This document shows positions 13,255 to 25,499 of a stretch of DNA of 64,000 nucleotides, in pieces. Origin of the DNA: Puccinia triticina (taxonomy: Eukaryota); NCBI GenBank assembly GCA_026914245.1, contig CP110439.1:6696001-6760000 (forward strand), given 5' to 3'. The translations under genes were made by a program, and so were the position numbers. How positions within the stretch are numbered: the first letter of the stretch is position 1; each line of letters starts with the position of its first letter. Below the pieces are notes generated by a model that was given only the letters and a program-made list of their open reading frames with translations, searched no databases and had not been told where the DNA came from.

Positions 13255-16200
13255 TTACTTCTGGTCAGTAATGCCCCCACGCGGAAAGTACCGCTTGACC
13301 TGATCCGCCGCGAACCGGCGCTTAAGTTCCGTTCCGTCGAGTTCCGAGAGGACAGAAGACCCGCCTTCAACTTGCTTTACAACCTGATAAGGCCCGTTCC
13401 ATTTGTGGGCGAAGAGCTGCCCCCACTGAACCTCCAGTGACCGATTGTAGGCCAAAACTAGAGTGCCCGGAGGGAGAGAATCGCGCAGTCGATCGGCGTT
13501 GCGATTTTGCCAATAGCGGATCTACTCCGCTCGAGACTTCATCATTCTTTCGTGGGCAACGGATTGGGACTCCTTGCTTCGCTCGAGCTGTCGGGAGCGA
13601 GCCACCAATAAGTCCGAAGTACTGCAAACCTCCTCCCAGTCAACACCCAGGAATGACTCTATGTCCAGATTGATGGGAAGGGCCGCTCGTTGTCCGAACA
13701 CCAACTCGTACGGGGAATACCCCGTCGAGCGCTTAGTCGAGATCCGATCAGAGAACAAGACCAGTGGAAGAAATTTCTTGCAATTCTTTCCTGATTCGCC
13801 TGCAAGCTTAGCCAAAGCCGCCTTGAGAGGCGCGTGTCCGCGCTCAACCATTCCCTGAGCCTCCGGGTAGTAAGGCGTCGACACCCGATGCTGCCCGGGT
13901 AACGACCTGAGCATTTCCGCGAGAGCCCCGCCGAACTCAGAGCCACCATCAGTTGAGTACGCGCGGGCCAGGCCGTACCGCATGGTCCAGTGATCGTGCA
14001 GGAAAGCGGCGACGGCCTCCGACGTAATGCTGTTAAGAAATTTGACCTCAACCCACACCGAGAAGTCGTCGCAAGCGACAATGAGGTATTTTGCGCCGCT
14101 CGCCTTGATGTGTACGACGTCCATGGAGACTCTCCCGAAAAGAGTGTCTTCGCCTGTCGGGTAACGCACTTCCACCGGCCGCTGCAAATCTCTCTTCTGA
14201 CAAGCCTCACAGCTGCGGCACCACGTCTGAACAGATTTCTTCAAAGCCGGCCACCAAAAGCAATCGGAAATCCGGCGATAGGTCTCCGTCATTCCACAAT
14301 GGCCAAGTTCTTCGTGCAGACGCCGGAGAATATTGTCCTGCTTGCTCGGAATAGTGACGACGATCCTGGGTAACGGAGTACCCCGCTTCAAAAGGCGACC
14401 CGCCTGCACAAAAAATTCCGACGCTTTCCTCTTAAGAGCCTGAAACGCCCGCTGGTCCATACCGCTAGGCCAAGACAGAGTTGTAAGGTATTCCTCTAGC
14501 TGTCTCCAGAAACCTTCCTGGAAACCCGAGTACTCCGACCCTGCCTTGAGTGAGAAAGAAAGTGCCGGGCGGATAAGTGGGGACTTTTCGTCGAACTCCT
14601 CCTCAGGGGGGTCCGACTCGTTGTCCCCCTGGGGACGCCTGGAAAGTCCATCCGGCATCGTAAACGATTTACCAGGTCAATGAGTGATATCAAACAAAAA
14701 GAGGTGAATGAAGGCAACCCAACGCGTCATTGGCGCGTTGGGTAGACTCGGGGCGTTAATCATTTGCACGAGAGACTGTGCATTGACAAGGAGCTCGAAG
14801 TGCTGCCCCCACAGGACAACCTGCAGCTTTTTGAGAATCCTGGCAACGCCGCAAAGCTTGAGCTTGGGCTGGGAATACCAAGACTCGACGTCGGAAAAAA
14901 AGAGAGACTCGTACAACGCTGGCCTATTGAAACCGTTTGCATCTTCCTGTGTGAGGACAGCTCCGGCGGCGTGAAAACTAGAGTCGACCGCCAGTCGGAG
15001 CTTCCCAGCCCCAGGTCCGTAAGCCACCTTCGCCAGCACGATATCTTCCCCCACCAGACCCTTCAACCGCCGAAAGGCGGCCTCGCAATCCTCTGTCCAG
15101 ATGAATACCGCATCCTTGCGCGTCAGTCGCCGAAGGGGGATACAGATTTGAGACAGAGAGGGGATAAATATTTGCACATACACGACCACCCCAAGGAACC
15201 CTCGAACCTCCGTCGCATCAGATGGTGTTGGCCAGGACAAGATCTTGTTTATCTTATTCCTGGCCATCCGCCGACCTTCTTTGCACACAACGTGGCCTAC
15301 GATTTCCAGGGCGGGCACGCAGGCTGCCAGCTTTGCAGCGGACACCGTCAACCCAGCCTCCTCAATCCAAAAAAGGACGCGCTCCAAAGTGGTCGCGTAC
15401 TCCCACACAAAGCGCCGGACTCCCGGATGCCAAGCCAAAACCTCGTTATCATAGTCGGAAACCGGGCCCTTGATGCCCCCATCATTGATCAACACGCCGG
15501 CATGATCGGGAATCTCCTCCTGCAGGACCCACATCATCTGCGCTTGATAGACAGCGACAGAATTAGTGGCGCCCTGCGGGAAGCGGGTCAATTGGAACCG
15601 GCCGAGAGGTGTGTCGAAAGTTGTCAGCGGTCGGGAGATTGGATCGAGGGCGCGCTCGTCATAGCCACCCATTATGTCACCCAGGCCATAACAAACCCGA
15701 CCAGAAAAAGATTCGACAAAATCCTCCGTGGCCGGCAGAACCCCGGCATCTTTCACGGTGACCTTGTTCAACGGTTGGAGATCGTGGACAATCCGAAGCT
15801 TCCCGTTGCTCTTGAGGACGCAGAAGACGGGACTCGAGTACGATGAGGTGGACTGCTCGTACAAGCCGTTTTGTACCCGCTCCCGGAGAATTCGAGTGTA
15901 TTCATCCATTTTTGCGGCCGGTATTGGGATCCGTTTCTTTTGCCAAGGCTCGTGCTCGACGACTGGGATCACCTAAGGGAGCCCGTAGGATTCTTTCAAC
16001 TATCCGCGCTCGGATTCGTCGAAAGCGATAGACTGATTGCGTTCGGCCAAGACGTTCTTGATAAGATTCAGCTCTTCCGGCCAGAGCCAGCCGTCCGGAC
16101 CAAAGTTCACCACTTGAAGTCTTTCCGCGGTGACGCAACCCTTGGGAGTGAAAGGACCCGCCAGGGAGCGGGGCAAAGGTCGGTAGGGATTTTGGGAGAG

Positions 16201-16915
16201 GGGCGGTCTCTGGAGGGGGGGGTTCAATCCTTGCGGCATCGGCCAATTGACGGGTTTGATCTTTTGCAAAACAGGCTTGTATTTTGCTGCGAACACCACT
16301 GGCTCGCCCGCTTTCCAAGCATCCAACAGCGCTGTTTGGGACCAACTGCTGAGACCATACTGGAGCAACGCCCACGTCCGCAGTTCCAAAAAATCCTCAA
16401 AAGGGGCCTTATCTGCGTAAGAAAACCAGGACGACGGAGAGTGGCGTGAGGTAGAGCTTGGCGACTATTTGGAGCATCACGCCCGGAGGTGCATAATTGG
16501 AGAGAACTTACTTTCAGTCTCCGATTCCTCCGCAGAATACCTTGTTCCTCCGCATTCACCTGGACCTCTGTGCTTGAAACGAATAGTTTCACCTCATTGC
16601 GGAGGATCTTTAGTTTATCCTCGTCGCGGAGGCTCGGAAGTTTAGCCTCATTGCGGAGGGTCGTTGCAGACAAGCCTAGTTTAACCTCATTGCAGAGGGT
16701 CTTTAAAGACAAAACTAGTTTATTCTTGTTGCGGAGACAAGAGTCAAGATCTAGTTTATTCTCGTTGCGGAGACGTGAGTCGGGATCTAGTTTATTCTTG
16801 TTGCGGAGACGTTCTTGATGGGATGAAGGTCCACCTAAGACCGGAGAAGAGGAAGGATCGAAAGTTTTGCTCACGAGTGTGGCACTAGATAGAGTTTTTG
16901 AAGATGTGGTAGTAG
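13255..16915 (-). pseudogene. pol (RT, RNase H, integrase), disrupted
   Basis: RT motifs LRIVHDLQPLN and PQGATNS are present, but the catalytic DD is degenerate (INDGG). RNase H (LAVDSS), integrase (H..H/C..C, STDGGSEF, VERGH) and a GPY motif are present. The frame is split by stops and frameshifts. Confidence 0.9.
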
Positions 16916-19900
16916 CAACGCTGCAACCAATCCGGGACATGGATTGGGATCGGGACGGATCGTATTGTGATACTGTCCAATACTTGGTATCGGTATTGTA
17001 TTTGTTCCCAATACAATACATGGTATTGGCAGCCTTGCATATTGGTCATCCAATCCGATCCACAGTATTTTACCTGTGTGTATCTGGCAGACCAATACTA
17101 TCCAGCCTAAACCCAATACGTATTGGGCTGTATAGACAAGATAGCCGCAAGCCCCCCAAGTTGTGTGCTGTCACAATAGTTGGTGGTATGTTAAGAAAAT
17201 TCACATCAACCATCAGACGGCAACCAACATCCAACGACCAAACCTCAACACTGGCTATCATCCCACCTCACTCCAAAAATGACCCAACCATCTGCATCAC
17301 CCCACCAACCTCCATCTCGACCACCATCCCGCCAGTCCACTCGTATCAGAACGCCTGCCTGCACCAATTCAAACTCTCTTTGGACTAACCAAGATTCTCG
17401 GAGATCGCTAGTGCCACCAGCAAGTCCTAACCCGAGCTCCCAACAAACTCCAAAAACAAATCAAACTTCGTCTTCTACTCGCAAATCAAAAACAAAGGCA
17501 AAGAGAAAAAAAACTGGTACTGCTGCTGATAACGAGTCCGATCAAGTAGAAGATGGGATTGACCGTGAACAGGACTCGGATGAAGATAACTTGAAGGTTA
17601 AGAAGCTGAGGGGGAAACGAAATAGCTTATTTGATGATATCACTGATTACTTTGAAACACCATTTCATGCAAATGAAGGAGATACTGTACGTTTTTACTT
17701 CATTTTCAACACCAAGTTATCCAGAGGGAATCTTTAAAACACTAATATCTTCCTGTTTTAGGGGGAGAAAATGATGTATAAGTGCAAGTGGTGCTCGACA
17801 GTTTACAAGAAGGGAGTCGGTACGAAATCAAACCTTATGAAACATCGTGATGGTAATCAGGACCGTATACCCTGCTCGGCACGAATGGACGCAATATCTG
17901 CGGGGGCAAACCTACCACCCACCGCAAAGGATGTTGAAAACGAACTGCGAGAAGGACAACACGGGATGATAAAGGCCTACGCAAAACACACCATCTTTGA
18001 CCCAAGGGTGTTTAACCAGCTTCTAGTGATGTGGCTTGTGCGATTTTTGCTACCCTGGAGCCGCATCAAAGACTTTCTATTAGGTGTCGCATTTGATTCC
18101 GCCCGAAGAGGTATCATCCTCTTTTCCCGGACTTGGGCTGCGACCGAGGCCCATCGGCTCTATCTCAACCTACAGAACAATGTCATTTCCGGCCTACAGG
18201 TATGTTGTTTTGCTTGGTTTCTCAAATGCAAAGGTGGCTGAATCCTGAACTTGTCTGCTTCCAGAAACTGAACTCCAAATTCACATTAATACATGATGTC
18301 TGGACGACAAAAGGTAACCATCACGCGTTCCTTGGAATCTCAGTTGCTTATGTTACGGTAGATTGGGAATTTAAAATCTCGCATCTCGGCATGAAGTTCA
18401 TTGCATCGAGTCACAAGGGAAAGTATTTTGCAATCCCATTTGCTAATATTTTAACAAAATTCAAACTCGGAGACAAGATAAGGCTTTTATTTCCTCTTGC
18501 TAATTTAATTCATGGATGATTTTTTGAACTAACATATCGGTTATTATTGTTGTTAACACATTTTAGCTCAAACAACTGATTCAGGCTCAAATAACTTCAC
18601 AATGGCTTCAGAGGTTGATAGGCTCATTTTCACCAAGACCGGTGTCGATCCCGACCTTTCAGGAAATCACATTAGGTGTTTTTGCCACAAAATTGCACTG
18701 ATACTCAACGCGGGGCTTTGGGCGATTGAGCTACCAACAAAAGGGTTGGTCACATCGAAAAACGGCCCACTCGGAATCACCCCAACCTTGGACCCCATTG
18801 CAGAAGAATCTGAAGAAGTCGACGAAGCCGATCTATATGTGACTGAGGACACCATTCTGGGATCATCAAACAACAACGAATTCAGGGAGAACAATGACAA
18901 GGAGTCTGATGAATACAAGAGTGAAGACGAGCCTGATTCCTGGGATATACCTGATGGAGGAAAGAATCAAATTGACAAAAGCTTAAAAAAGGCACGCTTT
19001 TTCTGCATGTTGGCTGTTTTCCAAAGCTAACAGTTGGTTTTTCCGCTTAGGTTGACTTTATTATCCAGAGGATCACATCCTCAGCAGCCAAACGATCTGA
19101 GTACGACACGTGGTGCAAAAAACTTGACTTCGACGGGCCCAGCCTCATCGCCGGGTACGGTATTCGCTGGAACATTAAGTTCCAAAGCCGGGATCGAGGT
19201 TATAAAGCTCAAAAGATCATTGCAAAATTACTGGAAAACAAAAACGATTGGGTGGAACGAGAGGGTGGAAATCACTACTTCACCAATATTGAAATACTCC
19301 CATATGAGTGGAAGATTGTAAATATATTGAATGAAACTCTCAGTGTGAGTCAATCTTCGATTTATTTGCTTCAATTGCACAAAACACTAATAGACCATGG
19401 AACATCTCATTTGTTAGGAATTTTATTATCTGACCAAAAAAATGGAGGGTGACTACTCCTCGGCGTGCTTAATCATTTCGGAGTATCAACACATCAAAAC
19501 CTTCATCAAGATGAAGATGGAATCTTGCTCCGAACCCGAACTCAACACAATGTTTGCAAGGATGCTCACAAAAACGACTACATATCTTAACGAGGCAATG
19601 AGATGTGATGCGATCCTCATTGCAACCGTTCTCAATCCCAGCTTCCGAATGTCGATTTTTAAGTTGTATTTCCCTGCCAAGCATGGATATGTCTTTGATT
19701 TACTGAGCAATCTCTTCAACACTCGGAAAGCTCAAGTTGATGCAGTGTCTAGTGCAAGCCCAGCCCCGCCAGTTCTTGATAAAGCCAACTCAAGCAAAAC
19801 AGTTCGCAAAGAAATCAACTACTTTCCTCAATCGGTCAATGTTCCTTGCTCAGATGAGCTGACTATCTATCTTGAGGGTAAGCATAAGTTACCTACGGCT

Positions 19901-20590
19901 GAAGCAAGCAAATGCTTGAATTGGTGGAAAGTAAGCCTTTTTTATCTTTGAACTAAAAGGATCGATTGGTTCTGAGCTTCACTTATGTGATAGGACCATG
20001 GCCAAAAATTCCCAACCTTGGCCCTCCTTGCCCGCAACTATCTGGCTTGCTCGGCAACCTCTGCAAGCGTTGAGAGGTGCTTCTCAGCTGCAGCCAATAC
20101 CTGCAGCGGCGATCGAGGGAGTCTAGCCGCAAGAACTATTGAACGCTGCGTCAGTTCACATCAATGGGTCGTCCAAGGAGTTCAACCGGACAAAAATTTT
20201 GAAGCTGCTCAGAGCATCATCACCCAGGCCACCGCACAGAAGGCCCTTGAGAAGCGCTGATTCTCAGACTTCAACACATTGTTTTTTAAAGTGCATTCCT
20301 CATTATTGTATCCGGCAGCAATCTGTAACCAACTCTATGTATAGTAAAAATGAAATCTAAATTTTTACGTGCCTAAAAGTGGATCCCTTCAAGCCTGTAT
20401 CTATATTGGATTGGTATCGTGATGTGATACCAATACATCCAATACTTTTTATTGGGTTCTTGATACAATCCCGTGGGATCATATCGAGAAGTCGATACGA
20501 TCCACAGTTTTCAATACTCTGTATCGAAAAAACGATCCGATAACCTGGATTGGCCAATACAAGGATTGGATCAGATTGGTTGCAGAATTG
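16916..20590 (+). mobile_element. hAT-superfamily DNA transposon
   Basis: TIRs CAACGCTGCAACCAATCCG and CAATTCTGCAACCAATCTG are flanked by a GTAGTAG duplication. Removing the element restores the host pol frame (HPRVATTTSSKT). Confidence 0.9.
17279..20260 (+). CDS. hAT transposase, multi-exon
   Basis: It shows a BED-like zinc finger (CKWC...NLMKH), IHDVWT, TTDSGSNN, RCFCH, IRWN and a C-terminal dimerisation motif (WWK...LALLARNYLACSATSASVERCFS). The ORF pieces are separated by short intron-like gaps. Confidence 0.88.
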
Positions 20591-21299
20591 GTAGTAGCTA
20601 CCCGGGGATGCACACCATGGAGGGGACTTACTTCTGTTGATTGTGCCCCTGCGGACTTCCCATGCTTGGAACTCGTTTGAAAGTTTTTTGATGAATGCGC
20701 AGCAAAGGGCCGAGCCAACTGAGGAAGCGGAGACCGAAAAGAAATTGAAAGACTGTTTTTAGGGATTTTTGGGTTATCTTGATGTTTTTGAGTTTGACAT
20801 TTTCCGGGAAACTGAGAAGAAGAAGAGAGGACTAAAGAGGCAGCAGAAGAAAGGTCTTGAGAAGGAAAACGGGCCTTGGAGTGATAAGTCGATCCCTTGG
20901 GCAGAGCTTGAGGCCCTTGATTAACCCTGCCAAGTACCTGACCGACGGTATTCATAAAAAAGTCGAGTCCTCCGAGGAGTCCTTGCGGATGCGGCCGCAA
21001 TGCGCTAGCACCCCCTTCCGGCCGTTGTGGTAACCCTGTTCCCACTCATATCACCATTCTCATATCATACATATCTCTCACATATCCATCATTATTATTC
21101 CAGATTCAGATTCTACACCTCATTTTACCCCTAGTCACTCACTCATACCACCCTGAAATTCCCTTTGGATCAGAAGTTATTAGCATATACAGTTTCATTG
21201 GTATTTCTCTGCTTCTTACATTTCATCTACATTACATATTCCAGTCATCATCACCATAGCTACATATATTACACATTACATATCTCACTCACTATACAT

Positions 21300-21415
21300 A
21301 GACATTTCATAGTGCTCATCATTACTTCACTTCATCATTACATCTCATAGTGCTCATCATTACTTCACTTCATCATTACATTACATAGTGCTCATCATTA
21401 CTTCACTTCATCATT
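21300..21415. repeat. Short tandem repeat (about 39 bp, 3 copies)
   Basis: CATAGTGCTCATCATTACTTCACTTCATCATT is repeated three times. Confidence 0.8.
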
Positions 21416-21596
21416 TATGGTGTTCAAAGTTGGTTTGCATAATTTTATGCATGCATAAATCATAAAATCATAAAAATATTTTGGTGAGGAAATTTTGTAT
21501 TACATAATCAGACAGTCATATCCCCTGCAAAAAATATTTTATGATTTTATGATTTATGCATGCATAAAATTATGCAAACCAACTTTGAACACCATA
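21416..21596. mobile_element. MITE, almost fully palindromic
   Basis: It has inverted arms of about 65 bp (TATGGTGTTCAAAGTTGG...CCAACTTTGAACACCATA) and an ATT duplication. Removal restores the local tandem unit. Confidence 0.85.
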
Positions 21597-22110
21597 ATTA
21601 CATTTCATCATTGCTCATCTTCAGACCTTGTTACATTGTGCTCATCATGATTTCCCCTTGTTGTATTTCCTCACATATATACTCCCCTCTAGATATACAC
21701 CTTGTATGACCTTTTCATGCACAGGCACTTTCTACCCCATACACCTTGTATGACCTTTTCACCACACCATTAGATACACCTTCATCAGTACACATTTCAC
21801 CAGACCATTAGATAACATTGCCATTCACACATCTTATACACTTTCACACATACCAAGAAATATATCCCCCTGCATATATCATTCACATTTGCACACCACC
21901 TTTCATCTTTTTCCCCGCTACTCCTCCTCTCCTCCTCATACCCTACAGGTACAAGTAGTCAGCTCATAGTATTAGTCAGTCTAAGATTATAGTAGAAAAG
22001 CTACACCTTTCTTCTTTTTCTTAGTGTTACACTCATCCCCAGCAGTATTAGTCAGGAAGGCAGCTCTTATATCAGCATCCTTGGCATAGCTTACATTAGT
22101 ACTAGTGTAG

Positions 22111-24243
22111 TTATACATTTCCCTTCCCAGCTCTATTCTCCCATTTGAGTAGTTCCACACCGTAGGCTGGAAACTTGCGCTCCCAACGCCCCTTATCGAC
22201 CGGGCACAGTGTCACTTCGATGTTGCGCCCGCTCGGATTGGGAAGGATGAGCTTCTTGCCTGCCGTCGAAGAGAACGTCAATGTCGCCTTGAAGTCCATC
22301 AAGAAGGGCCTTCCCAAGATGAAAGGCCCGTCTGCCCGCGTGATCCAGAAGTGGCAGGAGCCCACTATCGAACAACCGATCCTTATAGGTACCTCTTTGG
22401 CAACACCGATCAGCTTGCAAGCCTGATTGTTGATCCCATAAACGGCTGAGCTGAAGTTGACCCGTGGCGTAAGATTGAGCTTGGCTGCCATCGTGTCGGA
22501 GATAAGGTTGAGTTGAGAGCCCGAGTCCACCAGCGGCGACGAGATTGCCTCTCCCTCTCCCACGCCGCGGTTAAGGTAGCCGAGTGGACAGGAATAAAGA
22601 ATGGGGTCAAATTCACCGTCTGGATCAATTCCCTCAGCCAGCGTACCCGAATTGACCTTCAGATCCTCGGATCCGACCTCCACTCGACGGCGAGATACCC
22701 ACTTCTTCACGCCTTCCGCGATGGCAGGAGACGCGGCGCACAGCTTGGAAACCGTCACCCGAGGAACCTCCAAATCACCAATTGTTTGAAGCAGCTCATC
22801 GACCACCTCAGGCTGCTCCCTCAGGACGTCTCGCTCGAACCGAACCTTTGGCTGAGATCCCGAAGCTTTTGACGGGGTAGCTGGTCGGCTAGGAACGCCC
22901 TTAGCGGCAGGAGCATCGGAGTCAGGTCCATTCATGATCCGATCGAACAGCTCGGGATCTTCCGTCGGATCGGTCTTGCTGGGCTCAACCTCTTCTCGGG
23001 AGGGCTTTCGGATCGGCCGTCTCGCCTGCGAGGCAGGAGCCAATGGCGCCTTAAAGGGTCTAGACTCCTCGTGGCGCTTCCTGCCCGCCGGATCAGCTTC
23101 ATAAGCGCCAGCGAACGACTGGGATGAGACCGCAGGTGGGTACCACATCGGCTCTAAAGATCCACAACTGGCTTTGTACTCTGAGGAGGCCGCGTTGGCC
23201 AATTGACGGGTTTGATTCGGCGGACGCGGCGGATTGGAGGAAGGAGGCCCTTGAAATGAGGCCACCACGTGTCTGATTGGGCGACTGCGGTCGAATAGAA
23301 TAAGTGCGCCGTTAGGAAGGAAGAAATTCGTCCCACGTTGCTCGACTAGACCCTCTTCCTTATCCTTCTGAAGCTCCATACACCGAGATGTACCGTGCCT
23401 CTCGCGGTGACAATAGAAACAAACCAAAGGAGGCTTATCTGTCGTGTTCTGAGAGGAATTGTTCTTCAGATATTGCTCCAGAGACTGAAACATCCGAGTC
23501 AACTCGTCCATGGAGGGCGGCGGCGCCGACGTCGCTTTAGCTGGCACGGGCTTCCGTTCCTCCCCCATCTGCTTCATGATTTCATTCGAGGCCTGGAAGG
23601 GTGAGGCCACGGGCACCGTAGATCGAGAATCCTCGAAGGTAAGGGCGACCTGACCATCCATAACTTCATCAACCGCGGCCTTGAGGACTTTGAATTCTGG
23701 GAGCCGACGCCGGTTATTGAGAGTGGTCAGCATGGCCTTGTCCTTAATTAGCTGATTTCTGATGCGCTCCTGAAGACCGGGGGAGAAGGATTGGTAGAAC
23801 TCCTTGCGAATCTCCTCCACCGAATCGATGTGCTTTCGAGAAACGAGGTAGGACTGAAGTGGAGCCCACGTCTTGCAGAATTCTTGGTATTTGGCAACCG
23901 TTGACACTCCGCCCTTGGCTTGCCAAGTCTTGACCAGCTTGCTTAAATCGCGCTCGGTGTACAATGCTTTATTGACCTTTCCCCAGTATGAGAGCATTGA
24001 GGCCTTAAGCTTAGCCCAATCCGGCGGCTTGTAACCATTGAGCGTGACAAGAATCTTGAATATATCCGCAGTGACAAAACATCCTGCCTGACGAGCTCGA
24101 TTGTAATCCAACGCATCATCGATCTCTGCGGATAACTCGTAGAACTCCAAGAACTCCTCAATGTCTTTTCCGTCGAAGATCCACGTCTTGTTTTGAGGCT
24201 TGATCTTCTTCATCTTTATAGCGGTGTTGAAGGATTCTGGCAT
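22111..24243 (-). CDS. Gag-protease polyprotein (710 aa)
   Basis: Contains a CCHC knuckle (CFYCHRERHGTSRC) and aspartic protease motifs (LVDSGSQLNL, FILGRPFL). Confidence 0.88.
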   Translation of the reverse strand: MPESFNTAIKMKKIKPQNKTWIFDGKDIEEFLEFYELSAEIDDALDYNRARQAGCFVTADIFKILVTLNGYKPPDWAKLKASMLSYWGKVNKALYTERDLSKLVKTWQAKGGVSTVAKYQEFCKTWAPLQSYLVSRKHIDSVEEIRKEFYQSFSPGLQERIRNQLIKDKAMLTTLNNRRRLPEFKVLKAAVDEVMDGQVALTFEDSRSTVPVASPFQASNEIMKQMGEERKPVPAKATSAPPPSMDELTRMFQSLEQYLKNNSSQNTTDKPPLVCFYCHRERHGTSRCMELQKDKEEGLVEQRGTNFFLPNGALILFDRSRPIRHVVASFQGPPSSNPPRPPNQTRQLANAASSEYKASCGSLEPMWYPPAVSSQSFAGAYEADPAGRKRHEESRPFKAPLAPASQARRPIRKPSREEVEPSKTDPTEDPELFDRIMNGPDSDAPAAKGVPSRPATPSKASGSQPKVRFERDVLREQPEVVDELLQTIGDLEVPRVTVSKLCAASPAIAEGVKKWVSRRRVEVGSEDLKVNSGTLAEGIDPDGEFDPILYSCPLGYLNRGVGEGEAISSPLVDSGSQLNLISDTMAAKLNLTPRVNFSSAVYGINNQACKLIGVAKEVPIRIGCSIVGSCHFWITRADGPFILGRPFLMDFKATLTFSSTAGKKLILPNPSGRNIEVTLCPVDKGRWERKFPAYGVELLKWENRAGKGNV

Positions 24244-24658
24244 CGTGAGAGGATCTGAAAGAGGGAAGAAAGCGGAAATCGAGGGCGGCTCACGAAGTAG
24301 CGGGATGTTTTTGACACAAGACGTAGAACTTCGAAGGTGCTACTGATTTGGAGGGGACTTACTTCTACTTCTCCTATGCCCCGCGACTGAACACCTAAAA
24401 AAAAACAATGAAAGAACAGAAAAGATTTCGAGCCCTGAAACGTCTTGAACCTTTGAAACGAGGACCAAGGAGGCTGCCGGGTAACGAGCTGAGAGGCGAA
24501 CGATGGACGGAATCCGAAGTAGAATGTATGATAGACCGTACAGAACAAAAGAAAAGATCCCTTTCAGCTGAGATTTCCACAAGCTGACCAGACTGCTCAA
24601 GAAGGAAGAAAAGCGAAAAAGAAAAATATAACCGCCAGGCGCCTCAAAAACCACAGTC

Positions 24659-24708
24659 CAAGACTGTAAATCTTGAGGTTGCTGGTTCGATCCCGGCTCG
24701 GGGGACCA
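24659..24708 (+). other. Extended primer-binding site: 3' 50 nt of mature tRNA-Tyr(GTA) including CCA
   Basis: CAAGA-CTGTAAA-TCTTG forms the anticodon arm, followed by AGGTT, the T arm GCTGG-TTCGATC-CCGGC, then TCGGGGG-A-CCA. It lies 2 nt from the LTR. Confidence 0.85.
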
Positions 24709-24710
24709 AA

Positions 24711-25499
24711 TATGGCGTTCCGTCCGGTGCTAGGCCGGCGGCAGCGCTGGGAGGGGAAAAGTGCCTTGGGGGCTGCCCTCGAGAATGGTCCTGATGTGAG
24801 ACAAGTGTGATCAAAATTGATAGCTGGGAAGTGGTTTTGGAGGGAACAACAAAGGTTGGATCTTCGTTGGCAGTTGTTGTTGGAAGTTGTATCGCACAAT
24901 GAAATTGGGAAATGGATTGGAAAAAGATCGAGGATCGAATAAATTTCTTGATAGCCGCCTTGGATCAGAGCAGATGCTATGGCCTCCTATACTCCAAGTT
25001 CGCCTGGAACTTGGATTCCTGGAGGCCTGTCACAAGCATGTCATCATCTCCTCGCGCGCCGTGCGCGCGCACACACCAAAAAACAACAGAAAAGAAGAAA
25101 GAAAACACAACACTCAAAAAAAATGAAACCGAAAGCAGGCAAATATAGAAGACATGATAAATTGAAGAGTGAGAGGAGAAAATAATCCAGAAATAAGAAC
25201 ACTGACAGAGAAGAAAGAAGAGGGAAGCAGAGCTAGAAGAAACAAAACAAGCCAATCAAACAAACAAATAAACCCACAGATAAACTGTGTTAGGAACAAG
25301 AAATGTAAGGATAAGTGAATGAGAAGGGAGACAGTGGAAAAGATTTGAGAGAGGTGGATTGGAAATGAGAAATAGGATGGAGGAGGAGGAGGGAACTGAG
25401 AGGGCTTGAGAAGGTAATCTTGAGTCTTGAGCATCTTGGAACCGGGGTCTTGATCTTGAAGGTTGATCTTGACGATTGACTACAATTTTGACCACCATA
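24711..25499 (-). repeat. 5' LTR of the element at 12284-25499
   Basis: Direct repeat of 12284-13073 and adjacent to the PBS. Confidence 0.92.

Larger units (their letters stand above)
12284..25499 (-). mobile_element. Decayed Ty3/Gypsy LTR retrotransposon with nested hAT and MITE insertions
   Basis: It has two near-identical LTRs of about 790 bp and a CCGG duplication at both flanks. A tRNA-Tyr PBS lies next to the right LTR and a purine tract next to the left LTR. Domain order is gag-PR then RT-RH-IN. Confidence 0.92.

Noticed and set aside
14764..15846. 360-aa plus-strand ORF
   Set aside because: It is the antisense shadow of the RT/RNase H region and has no recognisable motifs.
24659..24708. 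Functional tRNA-Tyr gene
   Set aside because: It has no 5' acceptor strand or D arm, encodes CCA and abuts an LTR, so it is PBS-derived.
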